A DNA stretch of 63,727 nucleotides, the filler included, from Octopus bimaculoides (taxonomy: Eukaryota), in NCBI RefSeq assembly GCF_001194135.2. It is 6 parts of 5 records of this genome, joined end to end, with 100 filler letters (N's around TTAATTAATTAA, not from the genome) between each part and the next. Parts side by side here need not be neighbours in the genome. Positions count along the whole stretch, not along the records: positions 51,913 to 62,238 come from NC_069004.1; positions 62,339 to 63,727 come from NC_068990.1; 4 more parts are not named here. One strand, written 5' to 3'. Numbering within the stretch: position 1 is the stretch's first letter; each line of letters starts with the position of its first letter. Positions 52,941 through 63,727 of this stretch are shown one piece after another. The notes beneath the pieces are model-generated. The model was given only the letters and a program-made list of their open reading frames with translations, was not told the origin of the DNA and did not search any database. The translations under genes and the position numbers were made by a program.

Positions 52941-53569
52941 TTTCTTATTAGTAAATATTATAAGGAACTGTATGAAAAAAAATTGTTGAAATATTTTGTG
53001 TTGTAGAAGCACATTCAATTTAGGCGCATAAATTTTAAGGGCAAAATCTTATTTGGACCCCACTCTCATGGGTCGTTTGGACCTCAGCTGAGAACCACTG
53101 GACAATATATATAAAATATTTGATTACAATGGCGAAGTTTTAGCTTCTACGTGCAAGAGTCTTTGCTCAATTTCTCCTGGTGAAGACTTAATGAGATTCT
53201 CATACATGTTTTTTACCTTCCATACCAACAGTGAAAGCGCCAAAATGAACGCCGTGTGAAGCGTTCATTTTGTGAAAGCTCCAAAATGAACGCCGTGAAA
53301 GCGCCAAAAATGAACGTCTTATTCAAAGAAGTCATCTGCTGGTCTTCAACTAGTTTTCTACTAAACCTTGGCCAGGGTGTATAACTGGCCGAATGATGAG
53401 GATGGTAGTCTTTCGTAGTCCGAGAAAGGTGATTCTGCAATTTCTTGTTGAACAACCTTCACGAATGATTCATTTATCGTGATAAAAGGTTCTTCATTCC
53501 CTTCATCAAATTGGCGTTGCTTGTGCAGGTGCAATGATGTACCACTCGTCAGGTGTCGAAATGGTCACG

Positions 53570-53665
53570 GAACACAGTGAGGTGAAGTGTTTTGCTCAAG
53601 AACACAACGCACCACCAGGTCCAAGAACTGAAACACGATCTCGCGATCGCTTGGCCATGCACCCT
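53570..53665 (-). mobile_element. tRNA-derived SINE 5' fragment (35104-type)
   Basis: GAAGTGTTTTGCTCAAGAACACAACGC is the reverse complement of the shared middle module. Confidence 0.55.
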
Positions 53666-53689
53666 CAGCTGGCGAATCAATCCAAAAAG

Positions 53690-53850
53690 AACCTACCGGG
53701 GACAGCTTCCTCTCGGCCCATTGCCGAGCGAGAGTGACCACCCTACTCGTTATCTCGTTCCAGCTCTTCTCTGTTTGGAGGTCCGGACCAAACCAGACAC
53801 CGAGCAACTCGACCGGACCGTCGGTCCAGCGTCCCACGACGGAGGTCCTG
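53690..53850 (-). mobile_element. L1/Tx1-like LINE fragment (post-RT region)
   Basis: RWTDGPVELLGVWFGPDLQTEKSWNEITSRV..WAERKLS; abuts (GATA)n. Confidence 0.65.
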
Positions 53851-53852
53851 GT

Positions 53853-53895
<43 letters not shown>

Positions 53896-53930
53896 GTGTG
53901 GGCTTGAAAATGTGTGTGTATGTGTGTGTA

Positions 53931-54201
53931 TTCTTTTATTCTTTTGTCTCAGTCATTTGACTGCGGCCATGCTGGAGCACCACCTTTAGTCGAACAAATC
54001 GACCCCAGGACTTCTTCTTTGTAAGCCTAGTACTTATTCTATCGGTCGCTTTTGCCGAACCGCTAAGTTACGGGGATGTAAACACACCGATAGAATAAGT
54101 ACTAGGCTTGTAAAGAATAAGTCCTGGGGTCGATTTGCTCGACTAAAAGGCGGTGCCCCAGCATGGCCGCAGTCAAATGACTGAAACAAGTAAGAGAATA
54201 A

Positions 54202-54204
<3 letters not shown>
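53931..54204. repeat. Fold-back palindrome made of two inverted SINE D/A tails
   Basis: Arms 53949-54046 and 54086-54184 (6 mismatches + 1 indel by manual alignment); 39-nt loop. Confidence 0.9.
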
Positions 54205-54243
<39 letters not shown>

Positions 54244-54465
54244 GTAACTAATTGTTGCTTTTGTACGGAAAAAGTGACGGAAAGATAAGATGGTGGTGCA
54301 AGCGCGCGATTACTAGTTGTCCTCGGTGTTCTGGACGTCATCTGTCACTTCCATGCTTTCATTACAAAGCTGTAACAGGTTGCCGAGATGATGGCTCGAC
54401 GACTCGTAAGACTTCCTTTTCTTGAAAGTATGTTCTGAGTTATGCTAACCTATACTTCAGACAAA

Positions 54466-54496
<31 letters not shown>

Positions 54497-54577
54497 ATCA
54501 TTTGTACCACATACGCTGTGATACATTGTCACGCGTACACATGTGCGTATGTTCTGTTAAGATACACAAAGACAGAC

Positions 54578-54634
<57 letters not shown>

Positions 54635-54899
54635 CAGTTATATAGATAGATATTGACATATATATATATGAATGTTTTAATGTGTGTGTGTGCTTGTGTG
54701 TGCGTGTGTAAAGATAGCGAAATAGAAGAGGAGGGAGGAGAAAGAGCGAGACAATGCCAAAAGTGCACTTTTCACATCCGTACAGAAATAACGTGCCATC
54801 ACACACACACAGACACACACACAGGCACGCACGCACGAACAAACACGCACACATACAGAGGGACACGCGTGCGCAAGCGCAGAAGGGCGCGTGTACCAC

Positions 54900-55490
54900 T
54901 ACGTGGTCGGTCGACGTACTAGAAACAACAACCAAATTAACTGCAATCTCATCCTGTCGTCTTAAAAATTAAGAGGAAGGACATGTTAGAAAATGTAGTT
55001 TTAGATACATTTAAAGAGATGAGGAGGTGGTTATGGTTGGAGCGTCTTTAGTGATAGGTCTTTTCAATCAAGGTTGACCCGAAATTAACAGAAGAAAAAC
55101 AGACGCATACATACATTCATACATGCATGCATACATGCATACATGCATACATACATGAATGCATACATGCATGAATGCATGCATGCATGCATACATACGT
55201 ACGTACATACACACATGCATACATATACACACGTATACATGTACAGACATCAATACACAGACACATGCAGCTAACGGGAGGGCTCGTCTGTGTGGTCGTT
55301 AGGACCGGTTGCTAGAAATAACAACCGGATTTCTTTAATTCACACCTAGTCTTTTAAAAAATAATGTAGGAAAGGACATATTAGACTATATACTCCTAGA
55401 TAGCCTTGAAAAGATTGGATGGTAAAGGCTGGAATGTCTTTTGATCACAGGGTCGGCTCAATCCGGTTTGATCTGGGCCTAAACGACTAG
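54900..55490 (+). repeat. Two copies of repeat family F (54900-55090, 55275-55490) separated by microsatellite
   Basis: GTGGTCG....TAGAAA.AACAACC...GGAAGGACAT.TTAGA shared between the copies. Confidence 0.55.
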
Positions 55491-55979
55491 ACCGCACATA
55501 GATACACATATATACACATACATACACACACTCATAGAGACATACAGACATACCCGCACGCACACAAACACACATGGACTATACACCATAACACGTAACT
55601 GCATACACATACACATACGCGAAGCATAACAAACACAGAAACACCGCCGTCGGTGTTATTATTGTTGATGTTATTGTTGATGTTACTTAAAACAAAGGCA
55701 GCCAATCGTGGCCATCAAGAATTTTTCCTAGATGCAAGGGAAATCCTGGAACACAACATTTAACGTGTCCTTCTAAAACAAACACATACACACACACGCA
55801 CGCACACACACAGACGCGCACACACATACTCAGAGAAAAGTGTTAGGGTGTGGTTTGATGTTTGTCTGCTATTTCTAGCAGACGATAGAACCACGTAGAG
55901 ACATGTGCTGGTGACTCTCAACACAAACACCGTTACACAACAACGATTTCGTGTACCACACTCCGTTATATGCACTAAT

Positions 55980-56049
<70 letters not shown>

Positions 56050-56908
56050 NNNNNNNNNNNNNNNNNNNNNNNNNNNNNNNNNNNNNNNNNNNNNNNNNNN
56101 NNNNNNNNNNNNNNNNNNNNNNNNNNNNNNNNNNNNNNNNNNNNNNNNNNNNNNNNNNNNNNNNNNNNNNNNNNNNNNNNNNNNNNNNNNNNNNNNNNNN
56201 NNNNNNNNNNNNNNNNNNNNNNNNNNNNNNNNNNNNNNNNNNNNNNNNNNNNNNNNNNNNNNNNNNNNNNNNNNNNNNNNNNNNNNNNNNNNNNNNNNNN
56301 NNNNNNNNNNNNNNNNNNNNNNNNNNNNNNNNNNNNNNNNNNNNNNNNNNNNNNNNNNNNNNNNNNNNNNNNNNNNNNNNNNNNNNNNNNNNNNNNNNNN
56401 NNNNNNNNNNNNNNNNNNNNNNNNNNNNNNNNNNNNNNNNNNNNNNNNNNNNNNNNNNNNNNNNNNNNNNNNNNNNNNNNNNNNNNNNNNNNNNNNNNNN
56501 NNNNNNNNNNNNNNNNNNNNNNNNNNNNNNNNNNNNNNNNNNNNNNNNNNNNNNNNNNNNNNNNNNNNNNNNNNNNNNNNNNNNNNNNNNNNNNNNNNNN
56601 NNNNNNNNNNNNNNNNNNNNNNNNNNNNNNNNNNNNNNNNNNNNNNNNNNNNNNNNNNNNNNNNNNNNNNNNNNNNNNNNNNNNNNNNNNNNNNNNNNNN
56701 NNNNNNNNNNNNNNNNNNNNNNNNNNNNNNNNNNNNNNNNNNNNNNNNNNNNNNNNNNNNNNNNNNNNNNNNNNNNNNNNNNNNNNNNNNNNNNNNNNNN
56801 NNNNNNNNNNNNNNNNNNNNNNNNNNNNNNNNNNNNNNNNNNNNNNNNNNNNNNNNNNNNNNNNNNNNNNNNNNNNNNNNNNNNNNNNNNNNNNNNNNNN
56901 NNNNNNNC

Positions 56909-57032
56909 CGAATCCAGTCACAAGGCTTTGGTCAGCCCGGGATAATAGCTGAAAACACTTACCCCAAGATACCGCGCAGTGGGACTGAACCCGGAACCAT
57001 GTGATTGAGAAGCAAACTTCTTAACACGCCCC
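56909..57032 (-). mobile_element. SINE D head
   Basis: CACAAGGCTTTGGTCAGCCCG...CAGTGGGACTGAACCCGGAACCATGTG. Confidence 0.75.
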
Positions 57033-57037
57033 ACCAC

Positions 57038-57084
<47 letters not shown>

Positions 57085-57134
57085 TACGGCATAATATACT
57101 ACACACATACACACACACTAGTAAATTATCGAGC

Positions 57135-57330
57135 GTCCAAATGGTCGCATGACTCTGCTAGAAATAGCAACCAAATCTTCCTCAAATCTGCATATTTACT
57201 GTCTCAGAAAGGAAAGACAAATTGGTGAATGTGATCCTAGGTTATACTACAACTTTAAAAGGAGAGGATGGATGGTCGTTGTTGGCACGCCTTTGTTTAT
57301 AGATTTGCTCAAAGTTGACCAAATAAATAA
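57135..57330 (+). repeat. Repeat family F
   Basis: TGGTCGCATGACTCTGCTAGAAATAGCAACCAAATC. Confidence 0.5.
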
Positions 57331-58208
57331 ACCACTATAAACAACCTCTCTCACACACACAGGCGCACACAAAACAAACGGATCCTGTAAGTGGTCACTC
57401 AACCTATAAGACATAACAACAGTCAAATCTCTATCTATCTGTTTATCTATCGACTTCTGTCAGTGGTCTCACCCACTTTTTTCCAAGGGACCTCTGTGAG
57501 TCCTGTTTTACACAGCGAGGGACCCTCATATATCCATTCCCTGCTTTAAAAAAATCCTATTTTTTGTAATTAAATATTATTAGAAATTGTGTTTATAAAA
57601 ACTGTTAAAATATGTTGTTTATTGCATAAATTTTTACAGCAAAATCTTTTATGGTCACACCAGGAGGACCACTGGCCTAATTAGAAATACGCTGTATGAA
57701 TGTCATAACTGGAACGCCCGTCTTCGATAGTAAGGGCTCGCTCGAACGCAACTGACCTTGGGTTAAATAAATATAACGACCCGTTGAAAGTGGACGTTAT
57801 CGACACGGTTCGTAGCATAAACACACACACACGCACACACACATACACACATATATACACATAGATACATACACACATACCATACACGCACACACATGCA
57901 CCCAAATACATAACACACATCACCAGACAACATAACAGTGACACGCGCCATAGCATAAACACACACACACACATACATACACACACACTCACAACACATA
58001 CATACATATATACATACATACGTACGTACGTACGTACGTACATACACCGACATGCACCGTAACTTACACAGAAATACATATAAACACACGTATATAAACA
58101 CAAACACATCCACACACACACACACACACACAGCCAGACACCGACAGGTGCCGTAACATATACATTAATAGATACAAATACAACCATATCCACACACACA
58201 TACATACA

Positions 58209-58239
<31 letters not shown>

Positions 58240-58269
58240 TATATACACACACACACACATCATAAACAC

Positions 58270-58420
58270 ACTTTCAACCAATCCATGCTGCGCTTTCCAG
58301 GAATGTTTTCAGCTTTTCCCAGTCGCTTCCTATCTGTACCTCCCCTCGTAGCCGAATGGAATCGTCCGCCTATATATATCAGCCTCGCTTTGGCCGTACC
58401 ACTTTAGTTGCTGATTGGAA
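58270..58420 (+). promoter_or_regulatory. Candidate core promoter upstream of the LRAT-domain exon
   Basis: Non-repetitive, GC-richer stretch with CCAAT (about 58277), TATATATA (58371) and Inr-like TTAGTT (A at 58406); motif matching only. Confidence 0.25.
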
Positions 58421-59195
58421 GCTATGCTGTGCGTACCGTAACGCTTGCATTTTATTCGCTCTGCACTTCCACCTTGCGCTTATTATTATTATTAATAATA
58501 ATTGTTATTATTATTATTATTATAAAACTCATGCCGCCTTCTTCTAAAAACAAAATTTGCTTACATTTAACGCCAATGCCATCATTAATTTCTATGATGG
58601 TGATAAATTTTTCCCTTTCACAGTGATTCATAAACCCGCCAAGGAAACTAACTGGATTATTGTTTTGTAATTTTTCCAATTCCCTGTTGGATCTTATTTG
58701 TATCTCTTCATTTTCAATGTTTCGTCCAAGGAGAAACACACTTTGTCATTCGCCTATAACATCTTGTCCAGGACAGTATCTTAATTACAACCTTACAACG
58801 TTAATTGTATAACAAACACCTCATTGCATATCATTAACCAGACATACATACAAATATCTGATATCTCATTTTCACCGTGTTGTGATTATTGATATTTCCC
58901 AAACACACACATATATATATATATATATATTCACCATTCAGTCAAAAAAATCCTCTTTGACATAAATTGTATGTAATAAATATATAATATACACATACAT
59001 TATCACCAGCCATCAAATCACCATACATATATAACATATATATATATATATATACATACATAGTTGTATGTGTATTTATATTATACAATAATATTATTTA
59101 TATTATTATATGATATCAAGCTGACCATTTGATATCGTCTGTTATTCCAGTTGTTATTTCTTATTTTGCGATATTATAAAACAAACGGATTTTCA

Positions 59196-59807
59196 ATGAA
59201 GCCCATCACGTTCTTGGAGAAAATTGAAGAAAAAACTAACAAACTAACCACAACAACACCTGCAACAATAACGAAAACAAACAATCACAATAACAACAAC
59301 AACAACAATAATCACAATATTAACAGCAAACATATAATAATGAAGGAAGAACTACCACGGAATCGGGTTCGAGTGCCAAGCGGGTGCCCATCGCCGAGCA
59401 GCCCCAGCGGGATGTTGACCGGGTTGCGAAGCTTCTGTCGGCCGTCCGACCTGGAAGATGTGGAGCTGGGGGATCTAATTGAGATCGATCGCACAATCTA
59501 CACGCACTGGGGCCTATATGTGGGAGACGGCGAGATTGTGCACGTGTCGGGACCGAAATCGGAAATTTCTTCATCGGAATCGTTCGTCCGGCGCAGTTAC
59601 TTACAGGAGGTGGCCGGTGATTGTTTGGTTCGGATTAACAACAAAGAGGTGCCGGCCAAAGAGCGCGGCCTGGAACCGTTACCTTTAGAAGAAATACTCT
59701 CCAAGAGTTTGATCTCTGTCGGACAGTCTGTACCCTATAATTTCTTAACCAGAAATGTTGAACACTATGTAACAGAATGGCGATACGGTGTTGGCTGGAG
59801 TGACCAG
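59196..59807 (+). CDS. PLAAT-like: PLAAT/HRASLS-family (LRAT domain, NlpC/P60 superfamily) protein, partial; exon 59151-59807; catalytic Cys replaced by Val
   Basis: GDLIEIDRTIYTHWGLYVGDGEIVHV (H-box), VRINNK, YNFLTRNVEHYVTEWRYGVGWSDQ; no stops or frameshifts; acceptor TTCCAG at 59150, phase-0 donor CAG/GTGAGT at 59808; start may be ATG 59196 or 59340; downstream exon(s) not found. Confidence 0.9.
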
Positions 59808-60358
59808 GTGAGTTTTAATCTTTGAACTCCTTAAACTTCGCCCTGATCCCACCCTAACTTATATATATTGTTTATTTATTTTTTTTTACCCGTGTTCCCC
59901 AAACCCATTTTCAGTTATTTCATTTTGTCGTTTTTTATTGTTAGTGTTATTTCTTATCTCTTTTTAATGGATTACACCGTCATTCTTCGATAGACTTGAA
60001 GTTTCGAAACACTAGAATCCTTTCAGAGAAACAAACGCAGGCGGCCGAGAATTTCCTACTGGCACTGCACATTACCTATGTGTGTGTGTGTGTGTATACT
60101 TATATATGTAGGTATGTCTATGTATGTATATATATATATGTATATATATGTAATATATAATATATATATGTAATATATACATATATATATGTGTGTGTAT
60201 ATTATATATATGTGTATTATATATATGTGTATATATATATAGGCATTGTATATATACACACGCACACACACACACCTGCACATGACATACGTTTGTATAC
60301 ACACACACTCACACACCCAGACACACACTCATACACCACAGACACATACACTCACACA

Positions 60359-60390
<32 letters not shown>

Positions 60391-61003
60391 TACACACACA
60401 CATTATACTAATGAAAACATCCTGTTAGTTGTCTTTAGTTCCTTCGTTTTTTTCAAGTCTCTTCTTCCTGTCTTTCAAACAAACGGGATTTACGGTTTTA
60501 AGACATTTTTTCCTTTTTTTTAATCTACATTTCCCCTTCAAAACAAAATTGTGTGTGTGGATACACACCCACACCCAACCAGTTCCCCGTCTTAATCTTT
60601 TCCTCATGAGATTAGTTAATAGCTCCACCACGGTATATTAATATTAAAATGAATTGATTGTTGTGTTGTTAGAAGGAAAACATTTAATTAATTATAAATG
60701 AAACCAATCAGTCAGTCAATCGATCGATCACTGAGATTTTTATCCAGTTCCCTGTTCTCTGTTCAAAAAATATAGATATATACCGAAGGAAAATTCCCAT
60801 CTCTTCTCCTTCCCCCTCTCTCTTTCCTTTCCATCTCTAACATTCTATCTCCATTCCTTTCTCTCTTTTTCACACACTTGTTCACCCACTCTCTCACTCA
60901 CTCTCTCTCTGTTTTTACCTTTTCTACCTTCCTCTTTCGTTTTTTCGCTTTGCCCTCTCCCATCCACTCTCTCTCTCCCTCTCTCTCTCTCCCCCTCTCC
61001 CCC

Positions 61004-61037
<34 letters not shown>

Positions 61038-61956
61038 CACTTTTTCTCTCTCCTTTTTTACCTGTTTATCTATATTTCTCTCTATCTTTTCTATCTGGAT
61101 GTATATCTTATAGCCACGTCTATCTACATCTCTCTGTGTATATCTCTCTCTGTGTATATCTCTCTCTCTATATCTCTCTCTCTATTTATATCTACATCTC
61201 ATTTTCCTTATCTACACCTATCTGTCTACTTGCATATCAACTCAGCCTNNNNNNNNNNNNNNNNNNNNNNNNNNNNNNNNNNNNNNNNNNNNNNNNNNNN
61301 NNNNNNNNNNNNNNNNNNNNNNNNNNNNNNNNNNNNNNNNNNNNNNNNNNNNNNNNNNNNNNNNNNNNNNNNNNNNNNNNNNNNNNNNNNNNNNNNNNNN
61401 NNNNNNNNNNNNNNNNNNNNNNNNNNNNNNNNNNNNNNNNNNNNNNNNNNNNNNNNNNNNNNACACATATATATATAAAATGAATAAATACTATTTATAT
61501 AATTATATATATATGTAATTATATATATAGAAATAATTATGTATATACATATAATTATATATATAATTATTTATATATATATATAAATAACTATGTGTGT
61601 GTGTGTGTGTGTGTGAATATATATACCTCTGTGTTTATAAATATATATATGTGTGTGTGCTGGTGTAATCAATCTACTTGTATTTATATTTTTGCATCAC
61701 CACTGAACTAATTCTTGCTCAGCCTTTCTCTCAGAATTTCTCCCCCAACTCCCACCCATCCACCCACCCACCTCACTCTCTCATTCTTTTATATAACATC
61801 CGTAGTTGCACACTGACGACCACCAGCCAAACACCCCCCCATACACCCACACGCGCACAAACACAAGAATTGTGCTGCAATGTTGGTAAATAGTTGCTTT
61901 AGTGATGCTGCACACCTTGCTACATAATTGCTGCTACCGCCGCCACCACCACCACC

Positions 61957-62008
<52 letters not shown>

Positions 62009-62193
62009 TTACTAAACTATCTATGGCTATGTCTCTGAATGTTACCATTCTTTTCTATAAAATTGTGCGTAGGTATGTGTGTGCTTCAAATCTTTTTATA
62101 TATGTGTGTGTGTATGTGAGTGTATACAAATATAAATTATATACATACATCTTTTACCTTTACGCTTGTTTCAATCATTAGCCATGCTGGGGC

Positions 62194-62238
<45 letters not shown>

Positions 62239-62338
62239 NNNNNNNNNNNNNNNNNNNNNNNNNNNNNNNNNNNNNNNNNNNNTTAATTAATTAANNNNNN
62301 NNNNNNNNNNNNNNNNNNNNNNNNNNNNNNNNNNNNNN
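62239..62338. other. Artificial scaffold-joining spacer
   Basis: 44 N + TTAATTAATTAA + 44 N. Confidence 0.95.
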
Positions 62339-62533
62339 GCCTTCGTGCAGGTGACACATAAAAGCACCTACTACACTCTCTGAGTGGTTGGCGTTAGGAA
62401 GGGCATCCAGCTGTAGAAACTCTACCAAATTTAGATTGGAGCCTGGTGTTGCCATCCAGTTTCACCAGTACTCAGTCAAATCGTCCAACCCATGCTAGCA
62501 TGGAAAGCGGACGTTAAACGATGATGATGATGA
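62339..62533 (+). mobile_element. 3' half of another SINE family ending in (GAT)n
   Basis: GGCGTTAGGAAGGGCATCCAGCTGTAGAAAC...CCCATGCTAGCATGGAAAGCGGACGTTAAACGATGATGATGA. Confidence 0.65.
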
Positions 62534-62565
62534 TATATATATATATACATACATATGTATACACG

Positions 62566-62595
<30 letters not shown>

Positions 62596-62596
<1 letters not shown>

Positions 62597-63727
62597 CACA
62601 GCTGTATCCTCGGTACATGGGAGAAGCCATTGCCAAAAAGACTTACTGACATTATTCATGATTGTTGCTATGTGATGCCTTTGTCTGACATTTATGCCTG
62701 GCCAATCTTCTAGCCATTTTATTATTTACTAGATAACTGTGCTGGCTGGCTGGCTGGCTGGCAGGAGAAACAGGTGCCACCATATGCACTCTCTTAACAT
62801 GTCTTTTCAGACCTCCAACTGAGAGGCACTCCCTTCCACATTTTACACATGTTCTGTTATGAATTTTAATATCCATATAAATGTTTATCATGGGTCGATT
62901 TCTATGAGAATTTTGATGGCTTATCAGGCCTGCACAATTCAAACACCTCCGCCCACAAACCACACACATAAAAAGCAACACTCTCTCACTTTCCACAGCT
63001 TCCCCACTTCTAAGCCCCCTCCTAATTCTCTCATACTTCATTCTCTCCCTCTCAAACCTTGAACAACCATCATGCACTATCTTCCTCCATCCATCACAGT
63101 CTTATGCTTCCCTCTCCCAATTACCAGCTGCAATTTCTGTCTGTATTAGAGCATTTTTAAGGCAATCCTTAAACCTTAGTTTAGGCTTATGCACTGGTCT
63201 CCTGCCATCTTCCAGCTCACCATACAATAGCTGCTTGGGCAGTCGCTCATCACTCATCCTTACTAAATGTCCCCTCCCCCACATCTCAAATGTCTTTGCA
63301 AAATCATTGACTCTATACTTCTACTGTCACTTCTCTCAAGCACCTCCACATCACTAATGGCCATTTTCCAGTTTATCCCCCAAATTTTTCTCAGTATTGA
63401 TGAAATCGTTCCAGTTGCCTTACCTACCTACGGTAAACAACCCATGCCTCACTTCCATATAGCAAAGATGGGAGGACTCATGTGTTATATACCTTAACTT
63501 AAATTTGGAAAGATATATTCTGTTGTTTCCACAGATGCCTACCAAGCCTACCAAAAGCAGTACTAACCCTACTGATTCTGTATGAAATTTCATCATCAAG
63601 ACCAGCAGTGCTCAAGGTACTTCCTAAATAAATAAATCTAGTTACAGTCTCCAACCTTTGATCATTCATAGTTATAAAAGGTTACACATACATCTTGGTC
63701 GGAGCAGGCTGGTACATTATAACAGTT
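62596..63727 (-). mobile_element. RTE-clade (Bov-B-like) LINE 3' end, decayed, continuing beyond the window
   Basis: TVIMYQPAP, FIYLGSTLS, EISYRISRVSTAFGRL, VLPSLLYGSEAW, GHLVRMSDERLPKQLLYGEL..PKLRFKDCLK, then two Cx2C..H zinc-finger-like motifs. Confidence 0.9.

Noticed and set aside
57463-57674. hAT-like MITE (CAGTGGTC...GACCACTG); similar ends at about 16690 and 53095
   Set aside because: The terminal match is only about 8 bp and no 8-bp target-site duplication is present.
59766-59768. A-to-I editing of TAT to a Cys codon rescuing catalysis
   Set aside because: It would give NVEHC, placing Cys three residues away from the nucleophile position.

Overview
Eukaryotic, AT-rich, microsatellite-saturated non-coding DNA from a fragmented draft assembly. 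The SINE families and repeat landscape suggest an Octopus species; this is inferred from recognition, not from a database search. Five artificial 100-bp spacers (44 N + TTAATTAATTAA + 44 N) split the window into six segments that may not be contiguous in the genome. Only one host coding exon is well supported: 59151-59807 (+), encoding an LRAT/NlpC-P60 domain of the PLAAT/HRASLS family. It keeps both catalytic histidines, but the nucleophile motif reads NVEHY instead of NCEHF, so it is a predicted pseudoenzyme. The rest is decayed mobile DNA: two large Penelope-like elements (RT + GIY-YIG) plus a fragment, an internally deleted DD37D (maT) transposon, CR1-like, R4/Dong-like, L1/Tx1-like and RTE LINE pieces, mariner- and pogo-type MITEs, and many tRNA-derived SINEs built from shuffled modules. 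Other notable items are several minimal type I hammerhead-like motifs with family-fixed core variants and two long fold-back palindromes. Nearly all ORFs in the supplied track are microsatellite or N-gap artefacts.
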